Source of the DNA: Laetmonice hystrix
Lineage: Eukaryota
Length of the DNA: 64,000 nt
NCBI GenBank assembly: GCA_965235115.1
Contig: OZ249436.1
Location: forward strand, 5,706,001-5,770,000
Direction of reading: 5' to 3'
Positions 37,668 through 49,185 of the stretch are shown piece after piece. A program made the translations under genes and the position numbers. How positions within the stretch are numbered: the stretch's first letter is position 1; every line of letters starts with the position of its first letter. Under the pieces are notes generated by a model. It did not search any database. It saw only the letters and a program-made list of their open reading frames with translations, and had not been told where the DNA came from.

Positions 37668-40600
37668 AAACCTTTTAGACTTCTGTTACTCAACCATTCG
37701 TTCTAGTCAGCGATGTGTAGTAAAAAAACTGACTTTATTAGGTTATTTGTTGGTAATACCATACTAATCCTACTTAATATTAAACTGGAAACATAATACA
37801 ACTGTACAAAATCATAACTGTTTCAAGAGATCCCTTTTGTTGTGCACGTCATAGTAACAAATAGCTGTTATCTACTTGTGATGTTTGCTTGCAGTAGGCC
37901 TGAGGTATGCGGCTTTATGGAGAGCCTCTCCGCAACTGTTCGCACTCTGGGAACTACAGACACCCTTCTCCAAACTTCACACCTGTAGAAGGGAAATTTT
38001 ACAACGCAAATTATTTTTATGACGTACTTAGGAATAAAAATAATGCACACTGCTCATGATACACGAGAGTATTGATGGAGGTTGAAGAGAAAACTATTTT
38101 TCTATTGTTGGGTGTTTATATTTCGTAACTCACCGAGTTGTTCTTGAAATGGTGTGATTTTTTTTTCTATGGAGAAACTGGTAAGAGGCTGCGCTCGACA
38201 GTGTTTTTCGTGAAGTTTAGAGATATGACTCCCTTTTCTTTTCTTTTTTTTTCATTGTCGTTGTGGCATTTGGTCTGTATCTCGATTGAATATATATATT
38301 TGGTTCCAAGCTGACTAATGAGCTTTTGACCTAGTATCTGTTTGTTTTGCAGCCACTATTTTTACAGTATTTTGGTGTCGGCATAATATCAGGAACTGCA
38401 CTGTAATTTTTTTACGTTTGATTCTCAAGTGTTGATTGCTCAGGCAAACGAGGTTATTCTTATGTATATATCTATGTGGTAACAGTTGAAATGTGCGTGT
38501 ACAAGTGTCCAATGTTAAAACGATTTAAGGTTTATGTTGTATCCATTGCCGAATCCAGAAATATGCCAGATAGCATAGCTTTCACACTTACCGGGGTACT
38601 AGTGTCAATGTTTGGATGTACATGTATCTGGTCATGGGAGTTGCTGCAAACCCGAGAAAAATTGATTCACTTTTAATTTAACCCAAATTCTGGATGGAAA
38701 CGTGATCCAATCCTGCGTATATAGTATTCATGGGACTGGCTGACTTTAGGTAGCTGGTGTATATTTGAATTCTTTGATGGATTATAGTATCTATTTTATG
38801 CGAGGATGAAGAAGCATTACTTTGTATATAGGCCGACTTCAAGGCATGAACCTGAAAGTCAGGACATACAAAGGAGTATATTTGTCAAAATGTATCCAAG
38901 TAAACCTTGAACAGCATTCCAGCAGATAGGTCCATGTCATAAACACTGTATGAAGACATGTAATCTGTTTGTCGCTAGCAGTAACATGTATGGAACTCAT
39001 GCAATCGGAATGTTCCAGTTCAAACCACAGAGTAGACAGATACGCTCAACAGATTGTTATGGATAATACACCATGTATTGTGTAACTTTGTTTTAATGTA
39101 TGAGTCCTTGTGAAAAGTGACATTTACACATTAATGTATTTGTTTCAACAGCTGTAGAACCCGCTTTATGGGGCCACGGTCACCAGTAGCACAAGGTATT
39201 AAGTTCAATATTCATGTGTAAACCTTTAAAATGGTTGAAATATGTTTCTCCAGAAGTAACTTCAAAGTTACCTTACTATGCTAAGTTAGATCAAGTGGGA
39301 CTAAAGGCTTCATGGCAAACACATTGATGTACAAATGTGATACTGATGGCTATGAAGACTTATACTAGGAAATATTCAGGCAACGTGGTCATCTAAATGC
39401 ACAGTGTGTAACTAAGTGAGGATGGATAAGGAATCCCAGTGGATCCTTCCTACAGTTGGGGAATTAAACTTGAATGTAGCAAGAGGCTCTTCTCCATAGC
39501 CTTGGCCGAAATATCTCATATCCTGAGTTGTTGTGTTTGTCCCGGACTAGACACAGATTTCATGTCGACTATCTGTGGTATCGATGTTTCGTGGACAGTT
39601 GCCAGCATTACGTGGTAAGATTTTTATCACGTTAGCAACTTGATATTTCGATGGAACGTTGTGGAAGTGTGAAGGAGTGTTGTGCGAAATCCTCAAAGTT
39701 TTACTGATCTGGCAGAGATGGTGCACTTCTTGGGGCTCTTGCGGATCGCATATACACACGGTACCATGGCTGATGTGACACGTTCCAGTATTGTGAGTAA
39801 AACAAAAAAGAAATCTAGTGTAGGATCAAATTCTTGTACAATACACTGTTATAAAGTGCGGCAGAGTATTGGAACGTCTGCTATGGCCTAGGAATTCTTG
39901 GTGATAATATTTGGCAGTATTTATGAAAAATGCCAAAGATCACGCAACTACATGTATTAGGTTGACTTATTATTTGTGGTCTAGAATTTCTGTAAAAGGG
40001 GGTGGGGGGGGTGGGGGGGGGTGAAGGGGGAAATATCACTTTTGATATAGACTTACAAGTATATCCCTCTTCACCCGGAACATACGGTGTAATTATTTTT
40101 ACTATTCGATGGTTTCAGGGACAATGGAATACATAACGTTGTCATCGTTTCTAAACGTGACAAATAAATCTAGACTACATTAATAAATGTACAAAAAAAA
40201 TGTATCCCTATTTCCTATCAGCAAAACTGGCTCGCTCCTAATTTGCCATGTTGTCTTTGATATTGATCGTATCTATGAACGTGTGTCGTGGGTAAAGACA
40301 AAATGAACCGTGATACTTGTGAAAGGAGTAAAAAAAAGGTTTTCCGTCAGTGAATTATATAATTTAACAAACCTTTAGTCGCACCTGTTATACCGATGAC
40401 GTTTTAGATATTTAAGTTTTTAGACATTTCTTAAATTTTTGAATTGGCTGATTTAGACAAAAATAGACATGTTAATACCTGACCTTTTTGATTACCAGTA
40501 TTACAATAGTCATGCCGGGTTACTGAGATCAGGGTTTCCAACTTCTTACTTTTACTAGCGTGTATCTGATCGGTCTCATCTGGATTATGTGGTGGCACAT

Positions 40601-40760
40601 CTTTTTTATTTTGCAGCACATTGTTCTCCTCTGGTGGCGCGATACAATTCATGTCCCGAATTGTAGAAATTTACAATAAAAATTAAATCTTAAATAAAGG
40701 TCTGCTGGCGTTTGATCTCTATATTTTTATAATTTGCTTGAGTGTAGATACAGATACATA

Positions 40761-41049
40761 CAGTCTGTTCGCTGTAAGAAGAGCTCGAACATATTCATGA
40801 CCCTCCCGCCCCACTCCTCCAGCGTGTCCAATAACAGGCCGCGGGCCGTAACGGCTGCCCGCGGGAGGATGTAAACCTGGGGTGAACACTCCATTTGGGG
40901 TAATACAGAACCACATGGAGTTTGGTGCCATTCTTGAGTGACAGGCGGTGACGACTTGTGATACGCCAGCTGTGTGTAGACGGGAGGAGGGGGCAGGTCA
41001 CAACTTATAATGAGGCCGAGGTCAAGCTCTTCTTAGAGCGAACAGACTG
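40761..41049. mobile_element. Foldback MITE (Tc1/mariner-like CAGT ends) upstream of WAPL
   Basis: CAGTCTGTTCGCTGTAAGAAGAGCT / AGCTCTTCTTAGAGCGAACAGACTG; TA on the left only; additional internal inverted segments. Confidence 0.72.
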
Positions 41050-41339
41050 TTGTAACATACACGGCCTGAAAAAAGTCTCTCACTCTGTCTACTTTATTAA
41101 TATTCCGACAATGTTCAGTAATCTTTGCTCTATAACTAGTCAGAATTAATGTTTTCAATGATGGAAGAAGGCAAGTTTCAAATTAACGGTAATATACCGT
41201 TGACTGCTTGGACATAGAGGGTGGAAAACATAGGATTCGGGACACTTCAGTATGAGGCGCCGTCTGGTGTCTCAGTGGCGTACTATAATGCGGATGAAAT
41301 AATGACTCGTCCCGAGCCGGTTATACGGACGGGCGGATT

Positions 41340-42060
41340 GAATTTTCGGCTAGCTCTGCTTCCTGAACCCCGCGACACGCATGCTCAAAGGTCACAAGGG
41401 TTCATCTTCAAAATGGCGCTCAACGTGAAGTCCCTCTGTTTTTGTATACTCCGAAGTAAAATCTCCAGCTTATTGTGATCTCCTACTGGATATTTATATG
41501 AAAAGTATACGTAAAGGTGAGTCCAACCGGTGTTATACAGCAAATAGTTATGCGATAGTCGGTGGTATTGTAGTCGCTGAGAAAACACCATGTATGTGTG
41601 TTGTTTATAGGGAAGCTTCGGGGTTTCAAAGTGTTTTGCTTCGTTTTTGTTCCTTGCTGGCCACATCATTTCATGACATTTGCAAATGACACATTTTTAT
41701 AGGACCAAAGTGAATATATGGAGAATTAGGCAGGCGTGAGGGTGTTAGGTGCCGAATCCATGGTACAGGCGTGTACCATACTTAGGTCATGTTAACAACG
41801 AAAACGGAGCAGTGCAATCGACGTCGACGCTGAGCACAAATGTCGAAAATCCGTGTTGATCGCGTAAGGTTTTCAGACCGGTACTTGCCCAAAATAGTCG
41901 GTCTCCGAATCTGTGTTTTGATGGCTGGCTTGGTTTTTCGCTAATAGAAAAGATAGAATGGTCAAAAAAATGTGAGAGTACTTCCCAAGGCCACCTGACA
42001 CGTTCTTGAAGTTGTGGCTTCAGTAGGTCGGGTGGATAACAAAATGGCGAGTTGGCCAAC
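41340..42060 (+). promoter_or_regulatory. Probable WAPL promoter / 5' UTR region
   Basis: CpG-rich relative to flanks; YY1-type AAAATGGCG at 41410-41418 and 42041-42049; lies upstream of the WAPL acceptor at 43385. Confidence 0.35.
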
Positions 42061-43425
42061 CAAAGCAAGCAGTAAACGTTGGTTCACAGAGATGAACACT
42101 GTTTTCTTGGGTTCATTATGTGGAGCCAGAGAAATGTATGCCACAGGTTAAAGCTTTTCAATTAGCCAATGAATGAATTGGAACATGTCGACGTTGTTCC
42201 TTTCATTACATGGACACAGATGTCAATAAACATAAATGCTAATTGTGCTGGTAACCTTAGACCCACTGATAGGAGTACTAGTGTTACTCCTAACAGTTGC
42301 AAACAGATAGCACTTTCTATGGCCAGTATGGGTAGCACTTATATAAATGAAGAGAGGTACATAATACAGAACAACTTCAATATGAGCTGTTAGCAAAAAA
42401 GCTTTCAACTTAAGTAGGACAACACTGGCAGTTTATTGACATAGAGAACATGCCAGTTTATTGACATACAGTACCTCAGGTTAGCAATGCCTTATCTTAC
42501 ATGTAGCACTTGATATCTTTTGTTATGACGTAATATTGCCTTCATGACAAATCTTATCATATGTACTGGTTCATATCTTTGGTAACATAACATAATGGGA
42601 TATTTGTCGCGTAAACACTAATTCAATAAATTATAGCTGAGTATAAATAATTTGTAGATATCAAAGTGTTAACCAGGGTATTTTGATTATCTTTAGTTAT
42701 TATTAATTAGATTCATCATAATCCAATCCTGTTTATGTTTGTCAGCTGTGAGTCGTTGCCCTCACCATGGTGGGGTGGCAGCATTATTCACTGGGTATAT
42801 CAGATGACCTATATTTTTAACCTATAGTTTTAGCCTATAGTTTTCTTTGAATGGGATGGGAGGCCTGGCATTTATTGATGCCTCAAAGGGAAAGGTTCTA
42901 ATTCGGGGGCAAACAAAGTGATTGAGACTTATTTATGTTATTGAATAGTTATTGCTGGGAACATCGTTTTGTCAAATTTTGACAAAACGTTTTAGATGTC
43001 CACAGACCTCAGTGCGTGGTGAACTCTGGGAGAGATTGGGTATGAAGTAGCACTAGCTGGATCCATGCACACCAAAACTCAAAATGGAACAGTCTGCAGG
43101 ACTGTGTTATATAATATGAGCTTTTGGTTAACGTAATCGTAACTTTAATATGCCTACTCATTATTTTGTCCTTTATTCTCAGGGCCACCAGAAATTCTGG
43201 CAGGCAACCTTTTTTGAACACTAGATAATAGGTTTATTTATCTGACAGTCTTGAAATAAGTTCCCCGAAGTAAAAATTCTGTTGGTATGATGGTATTGTT
43301 TGTAATTTACTAAAGAAACGTCCAGAAATTTTGTCAAACTATTGAGGCTTTCTCTGACAGATTTGCTTTATTTTCATGTTTCAGAAAAATGTCATCGTGA
43401 TTTGATGCCTTCCATCTAACCACCA

Positions 43426-44958
43426 ATGCAGCCAGGTGAATCTGCCAAGATGATGCCTAGATATGTAGCTAAGACATATGGCCGTGTGAACACGAAGGAA
43501 ACTTATGCAAGTAAGGCCTTTGATGACATTTTCAAAGACAATCGACCTTCAACTGCAAAAGCAGCAACCACAGGGTCCAAATGGGGGAATGCCAAATTCA
43601 CGTCAACAAGAGCATCAGCCACTCCAACACCTCCGGACGAGGTGGACCCCAAGAGGCGTAAGGTGGAGGCTGAACCTGTCAAAGTGTTTGATGGCGAAGA
43701 CCCATTTAGCTTTGATGAAGCAGAGGGTCCAGTTCGATCCTCAAAGCGCACAGGAAGTGAGCGGAGAGCATCCCCACTGACTCTTGGACAGAATCAACCC
43801 AAGGCTGCTAAGAAACCAGTTGCAGTCCACTCCAGTCGCTCTGTCCCAGGGCTTGCACAGTCAAAGTCTTTGTTGAACTCTAATAACAGGACTGAAACAA
43901 ATGCCCTAAAATCACTGGAATCAAATTCAAAAATCAGCCATTCAAAAGTGCCGGATGAGGAAGAAGCGGGTGTGAAAAAGACAGTGGTCCGGACATACAC
44001 GAGAGTAGGTCGTAATGGAGCAGCGAAACCAGCTGCCAAACCACTTACTGTTACTTCCGTTAAGTCCCAGCCTGACAATCGCAAGCAGGTTTCAGTCGAA
44101 TCCTTCACCCAGAAAGTTCCCTGCTTGACCCTCACAAGGGACAGGCTTCAAAAGCACAACCTTCAAAACTCGCAACCAGACAAGCCAATGCGCAAAAAGT
44201 TCTTTGTGTCATCACCAACTGGAAAGGGTGCAGACCTCCTAGACCACAATTATTCACATCCTGAAGAGACCAGCGATGAGGACGTCGAACAAGGAGACTC
44301 TCAGGAAACAAAACTTTTTGAGAGTGACTTTGAATTTGACTCTGATGGTGAACTAGAAAGTGGTGATCCAGAAATAATCTTCAACTCTCCAAAGAAACGT
44401 GCATTAGAAGCACAGACATTACAGCTTGGGAATACAGGCGAGAGCAGATCGTGTGATAACAACCAAGACAGTGATAGTGAAGAAGGACCCCAGTCCCCCT
44501 TCTCAGTAAGTGATGACGACAATAACTACGAAGTGGAAGACAACAGGTCAAAAAGAAAACGAGCTAACCCTGAAGTTCAGTACATGGCAACTTACTCACC
44601 TACAAAATGTACTTTGACTCTTAAGAAAGCTCATTCTGCAAGCGCAGCTGGGTCTAGTAACTCTCAGGGTAGTCAGAGAAAGCCGCTGCTAACTTACTCT
44701 AAGTCTGCTCAGCAGTTGGGCCAGTCGCAGTTGAGTAATTTAGAAGTGAAAGGTTCAGGTAGAATGGTTGCAAGACCAGGGCGGTCTGATTCACCTGCAT
44801 CTGTTGGTAGTGCTAGTAGTGTCACCAGTCGAGACTCTTCGTCAAGCCAACATCGCACAACCAACCCAAGGATTACCTACACAAGGAAGAGTCTCCTCGA
44901 CAGACAAAAGGATAAGAAAGAGCCCATGGTACGCAAACTCCTGACAAGTCCCAAGAAG
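43426..44958 (+). CDS. WAPL: Wings apart-like (WAPL) cohesin release factor, first coding exon (disordered N-terminal region); rest of gene presumably beyond the window
   Basis: N-terminus MPRYVAKTYGR..ASKAFDDIF..SKWGNAKF..PKRRKVE..EDPFSFD parallels vertebrate WAPL MTSRFGKTYSR..SSKFDEVF..TKWGETTF..PKKPKVE..DPFGFD. Acceptor tttcag| at 43385, donor AAG|gtaggc after 44958. True start may be 43450 or 43453. Confidence 0.88.
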
Positions 44959-45050
44959 GTAGGCACCAGTTTTGATCTGTTATAATTAAATATTAGCTTT
45001 TGGGACCTGTAAATGGAAAATTCATAATTAATGCAGCTTCTTGCCACTAG

Positions 45051-45341
45051 CAGGGTTTCCGCCAGAAAAAAAATTTAGGGTACGGACCAGGGGAAGGGTT
45101 AGGGTTAGGGTTAGCCTAACCCTCACCCTAACTGCTGTTACAAATACGGGAAAATTTAAATAAAGACTGCATATACTGTACAACATTATATTTGATTCCT
45201 TCAAGTTGCTCAAGGCATCATCAGGTTTTTATCACTTCATGGATGAATGGTTACCTAATGATTTTGAGGGTATGGATTCGTACCCTGGAAAAATTTTAGG
45301 GTACAGAATTTTACCCATTTTACCCTCTGGCGGAAACCCTG
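45051..45341. mobile_element. MITE, 5-bp TSD
   Basis: TIR CAGGGTTTCCGCCAGA / TCTGGCGGAAACCCTG; TSD ACTAG (45046-45050, 45342-45346). Confidence 0.88.
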
Positions 45342-45512
45342 ACTAGCCAAGGAGTAAGTGGTGCTTTGGCAGCTTGTAGCTTATACTTAGTTATAGGAAC
45401 TTATAGCTATTTAAGTTGTGCCCTTTAAAATTTATAAATTACCGTTAGTGATGACCTTGAATTGTCAAACCAAGGTCACGCATCTTTATGAGAGTTGTAT
45501 TTTGGATCATTT

Positions 45513-46498
45513 CACCGGGTATCTGACGAAGGGGTGAATATTCATTATGTCACAAACAGGCCAATCATACCATGCTATTTTTTGAAGCTTATAATTCAGG
45601 GAATGAATTTAGGGAAAATTTTCTAGGATTCCGGCAGAATCCTAAAACGAAAAGTGGGTCCTTCCAGAAATTTTAGGATTCCGCCTCAGTGTGTTCTGGG
45701 ATTCTGCCTATTTTTTCAATTATTGACAAAAAAATTACCGCGACTGCTTTTATTTATACTGATCCATGGTCGACCTGAAAGCCGACGAGGCTGCCAATCC
45801 CGTTCACGTTTGTTTAGATCATACAAACAATCTTTCACCCTCTCTAGGCCCCTTTCCTGGCTCTCTGCCTTCTGTTTCTTCTGAGGAACAGACGATCCTC
45901 CCAGACAAAATGCTAAGATACTAGCCTACATGACTGTAGGTGTTGGCTGGTAACTTTCAAATGAAATCGTTGGCGGTTCGTTTCATGAACATGCTTCTGG
46001 AAATGGACAGACTCACAGATATGGCAAAATACCACTTTTTTTAGCCAATGGAATCAGTCGCCTGTAGCTGGCGTGATTTACTGCGGATTACCATGCCAGT
46101 AATGTTCCTAATATCGCTTGTTCGTAATATGGCTCAGGAGACTGACTGTTGAAGATCATTTGTCACCAAAAAATATGTCCTACTGAGCTCCTACAAAGTT
46201 AGGATTCCGACGGAATCATAGAATCGTGGATTTTCGGCTCTCTTATGCTTTCAGACCAAAATCTGGGATCCTCGGAAGCACAGAATCCTGCTAAATTCGC
46301 AGCCTGTAATTTAAATGTAAAAATGATCAATATTGGACAGAACCTGACAGAAGTAGTCGTGTCATTCATTATACTAAAAAAAATAACTAAATTTTTAAGG
46401 AAAAATGTGGGGAAAGAAGAAATTCATTTACCGGGGTCAAGTTTCCATATGCTGATTTCTCAGATATGTATATTCGCCCCTTCGTCAGATACCCAGCG
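45513..46498. mobile_element. Chapaev-like (CMC) non-autonomous element, 4-bp TSD
   Basis: TIR CACCGGGTATCTGACGAAGGGGTGAATA / TATTCGCCCCTTCGTCAGATACCCAGCG; ATTT on both sides. Confidence 0.72.
45597..46306. mobile_element. Nested CAGG..CCTG element, 5-bp TSD
   Basis: CAGGGAATGAATTTAG / CTAAATTCGCAGCCTG; TSD TAATT; subterminal GGATTCCG/GAATCC repeats. Confidence 0.75.
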
Positions 46499-47251
46499 AT
46501 TTTAAAGTTCCAGTTGGCTTCCTTTCTTTTATGGACACAATTAAATACTTAAGGCTAGTGGCATTGAAAATGAAAGGCCAAAGTTCAGGCTGAACAAGTC
46601 TGCACCACAGGAAGATTTTTATATGTAGGCTTTTATTCTTTGAAAATTACATAACATAAGTCTTCAGTTTTGTGGCCCTGCAGACCTGTAGATTTTTACA
46701 ATGCTCAACGCAAAAGGCAGTGACATGGTACAGGAGTATGAGGTGGGGCAGTCAATTAAAAATTAGGGGTTCTAGGCTTCAGCGGCCTCATTTCTCCTGT
46801 CCTGAAGGTGTTGCACCCTAGAATCCAGTGTCACATAATAGTACTGATAGCGCAGCAATGTCGTATGACAGTGCCGGGTTGAATACCACTGTGTATTGGC
46901 ATTTGGGGTCGACCGAGGCAACAGAATTCGAGCTCGGGCGACTACACATTCACAGAACACATACCCGGTTGGCGAGTAGCATATTCTGGGGATAGACCTA
47001 CTAGCCCGGCTGGCTAGTTCCTACAAACTTTAATTTCCACCGCTGGTACAATTGATTTCTGAGAGTTACCCATTCTGCATTCCATAGGAAGCTAAGTGGC
47101 CTTATTGTACGCTGACTGGTGCAAAAACCGGTCACCAAGACCCAGGTGGTCCATTGTCTTTATTGTGTTTATCACTAAGCCTAAGGTAACAGAACGTTGG
47201 TTTCATGATTTCTAGCACTTGGTAAATGACAATCTGTTAGTACACGAGACC

Positions 47252-47679
47252 CAGGGCTTGTCCTTTGACTTTGAAAAAAGCAGGTGCACAAAATTTTGTG
47301 CACCTTGAAAGAGGTAGGCACGCTTTTTTTTTTTGTGCACCTAAAATGTGGTTGGCGCACAATTTATTTTTGGGTCAGATGAGGTGTAATAGTGTGTATC
47401 CTCGCAACCGTCACACATCCCATCCGTCTTGACTGTACTGTTAATGATCAACCATAGGCACATGGTTACTGCCAGGGTACAAGCACATATATAGTATGTA
47501 CATTAATGAAGCAATAAACACCATTGTATTGTTCTCGTAGTCAGGTGACAAGTAGTCCGAGGCGCGCAAATTTTCAAGTTTTATTTTTGCAAGGTGCACG
47601 TTTTTTTGCACTCCTCTGTCCCATTTTAGGTGCGCCATGACGCGCGCGTGCAATTGCGCACCTTAAAGGACAAGCCCTG
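47252..47679. mobile_element. MITE, 6-bp TSD
   Basis: TIR CAGGGCTTGTCCTTT / AAAGGACAAGCCCTG; GAGACC on both sides (47246-47251, 47680-47685); subterminal GTGCAC/GCGCAC repeats. Confidence 0.85.
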
Positions 47680-47816
47680 GAGACCACATCACCTGCAGAG
47701 TAGAATGTCAAGGTTCTGAACCCCCTTGTCGTTCAACGTTTGTTGTCCGTACTTGCATGGTCAGGTGGGAGTTCTACTTGTGTACAGTCAACTCAAGTAA
47801 ACTTACAAATACACTA

Positions 47817-48837
47817 AGGCCGTGTCCACACCTCACTGGCGGATCCAGGGGGGGGGGGTTCAGGGGGTTCGAACCCCCCCTAAAATTTTGCAGATACACA
47901 CATTTTAACTTAACATTATAATTTAGAATTTTTTTTTTCTTTCAGTCGCAAGATAAAAACCACCTAAAAAAATTGTTTGCCTCGCTACGCTCGGCATGAT
48001 TTCATACTATAGCCAAACATGCTGTTAGACTTGAGGAGGCCTTTTTGCCCTTGGTCACATTGGTCATTGAATAGCTTATTTTGTGCTCCAAAATGCATCG
48101 GATTGCAACAAATTACACCTTGAATTTCAAAATTTTCTGGGGGGCATGCCCCCGGACCCCCCCAGGAAGGCTTCGGGCCTTCGGCGCTTGCAGACTTCGC
48201 ACCTTCGGCGCTCGTACAGTCACGTCTGTGTTACCCCTAAACACGTTGAACCCCCCCCCCCCCTAACGGAAAAAGCTGGATCCGCCCCTGCACCTAGTTG
48301 CTGGGAGAGCTTCTGCCGGTAGAAATGATAAGGTCTGACTACCCACGCTTTGCCGCAGGAACTTTCTTGCCGCTATAGCGGTAGTGAGCTCCCATGGAAC
48401 CTACACGGGATGCATTGGAAAAAAGTGGAATTTCATCAAATTCATTAGAACACTAAATATGTCGCATAAAAACTTATTGGACATACGTTGTAATTTAATC
48501 CAGAGGGGGGGGGGAGGTTGGTTGGGGGCCCCTACTTTTAACAGAAATAAGATGTTCAGTGAAGAATTTGATCATTTACTTGTGCGAGAGTTTCGGCAAT
48601 CATCAATGACCATGCGCTTGTAATGCCTCTGGTTGCTGCTTTCGGCAAATCCCACTTTCACACTACAGCCATCCGAGGTCAGATTTCTGCCGGCAGAGCT
48701 ATTCCTTCCCTCCACCCAAAATATGTTGGCAGCTCTTAAACCGTGGGTAATTTACCTCAGGTACGTGCGTTCACACCTGGTGCGCTCCCGCTATAGCGGG
48801 TATTTGCCGGCAGATTTCCCTAATGTGAACACGACCT
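47817..48837. mobile_element. TIR element (AGG..CCT, TA flanks) interrupted by a nested MITE
   Basis: AGGCCGTGTCCACA / TGTGAACACGACCT; internal inverted blocks (CTGCCGGTAGAAAT versus ATTTCTGCCGGCAG). Confidence 0.65.
47834..48290. mobile_element. Nested MITE, 5-bp TSD
   Basis: CACTGGCGGATCCAG / CTGGATCCGCCCCTG; perfect TSD CACCT (47829-47833, 48291-48295). Confidence 0.88.
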
Positions 48838-49185
48838 TAGATAACATCCCCACTGACTCCTGCCGGCTATGGTGAGTGACCTTTCCGAAGTGTTGATTAG
48901 ACTGACGATAATCATCAGAAGAGGCATTGTTAGTGAAGAGGTTCACCGTTCTTGAGGGGAAATTAGCTCAGTGATGATATCTTCACAGCGTCACCTGGTG
49001 TCGTGAGGTCTTGGTTAATGTGTGGTTTGGGAACCTGACCAAGGACGAAGCAGCTGCCCATACATTTACATACATTGTATTGCTTCGACGCAGAGAACAA
49101 ACCGTTGTAGCCCATTTCTATGACGTTTTATAATGATGTAGTGAAGGACATGGAGAAAGTCCAAGGACTGTATCTTAATTTGTGT

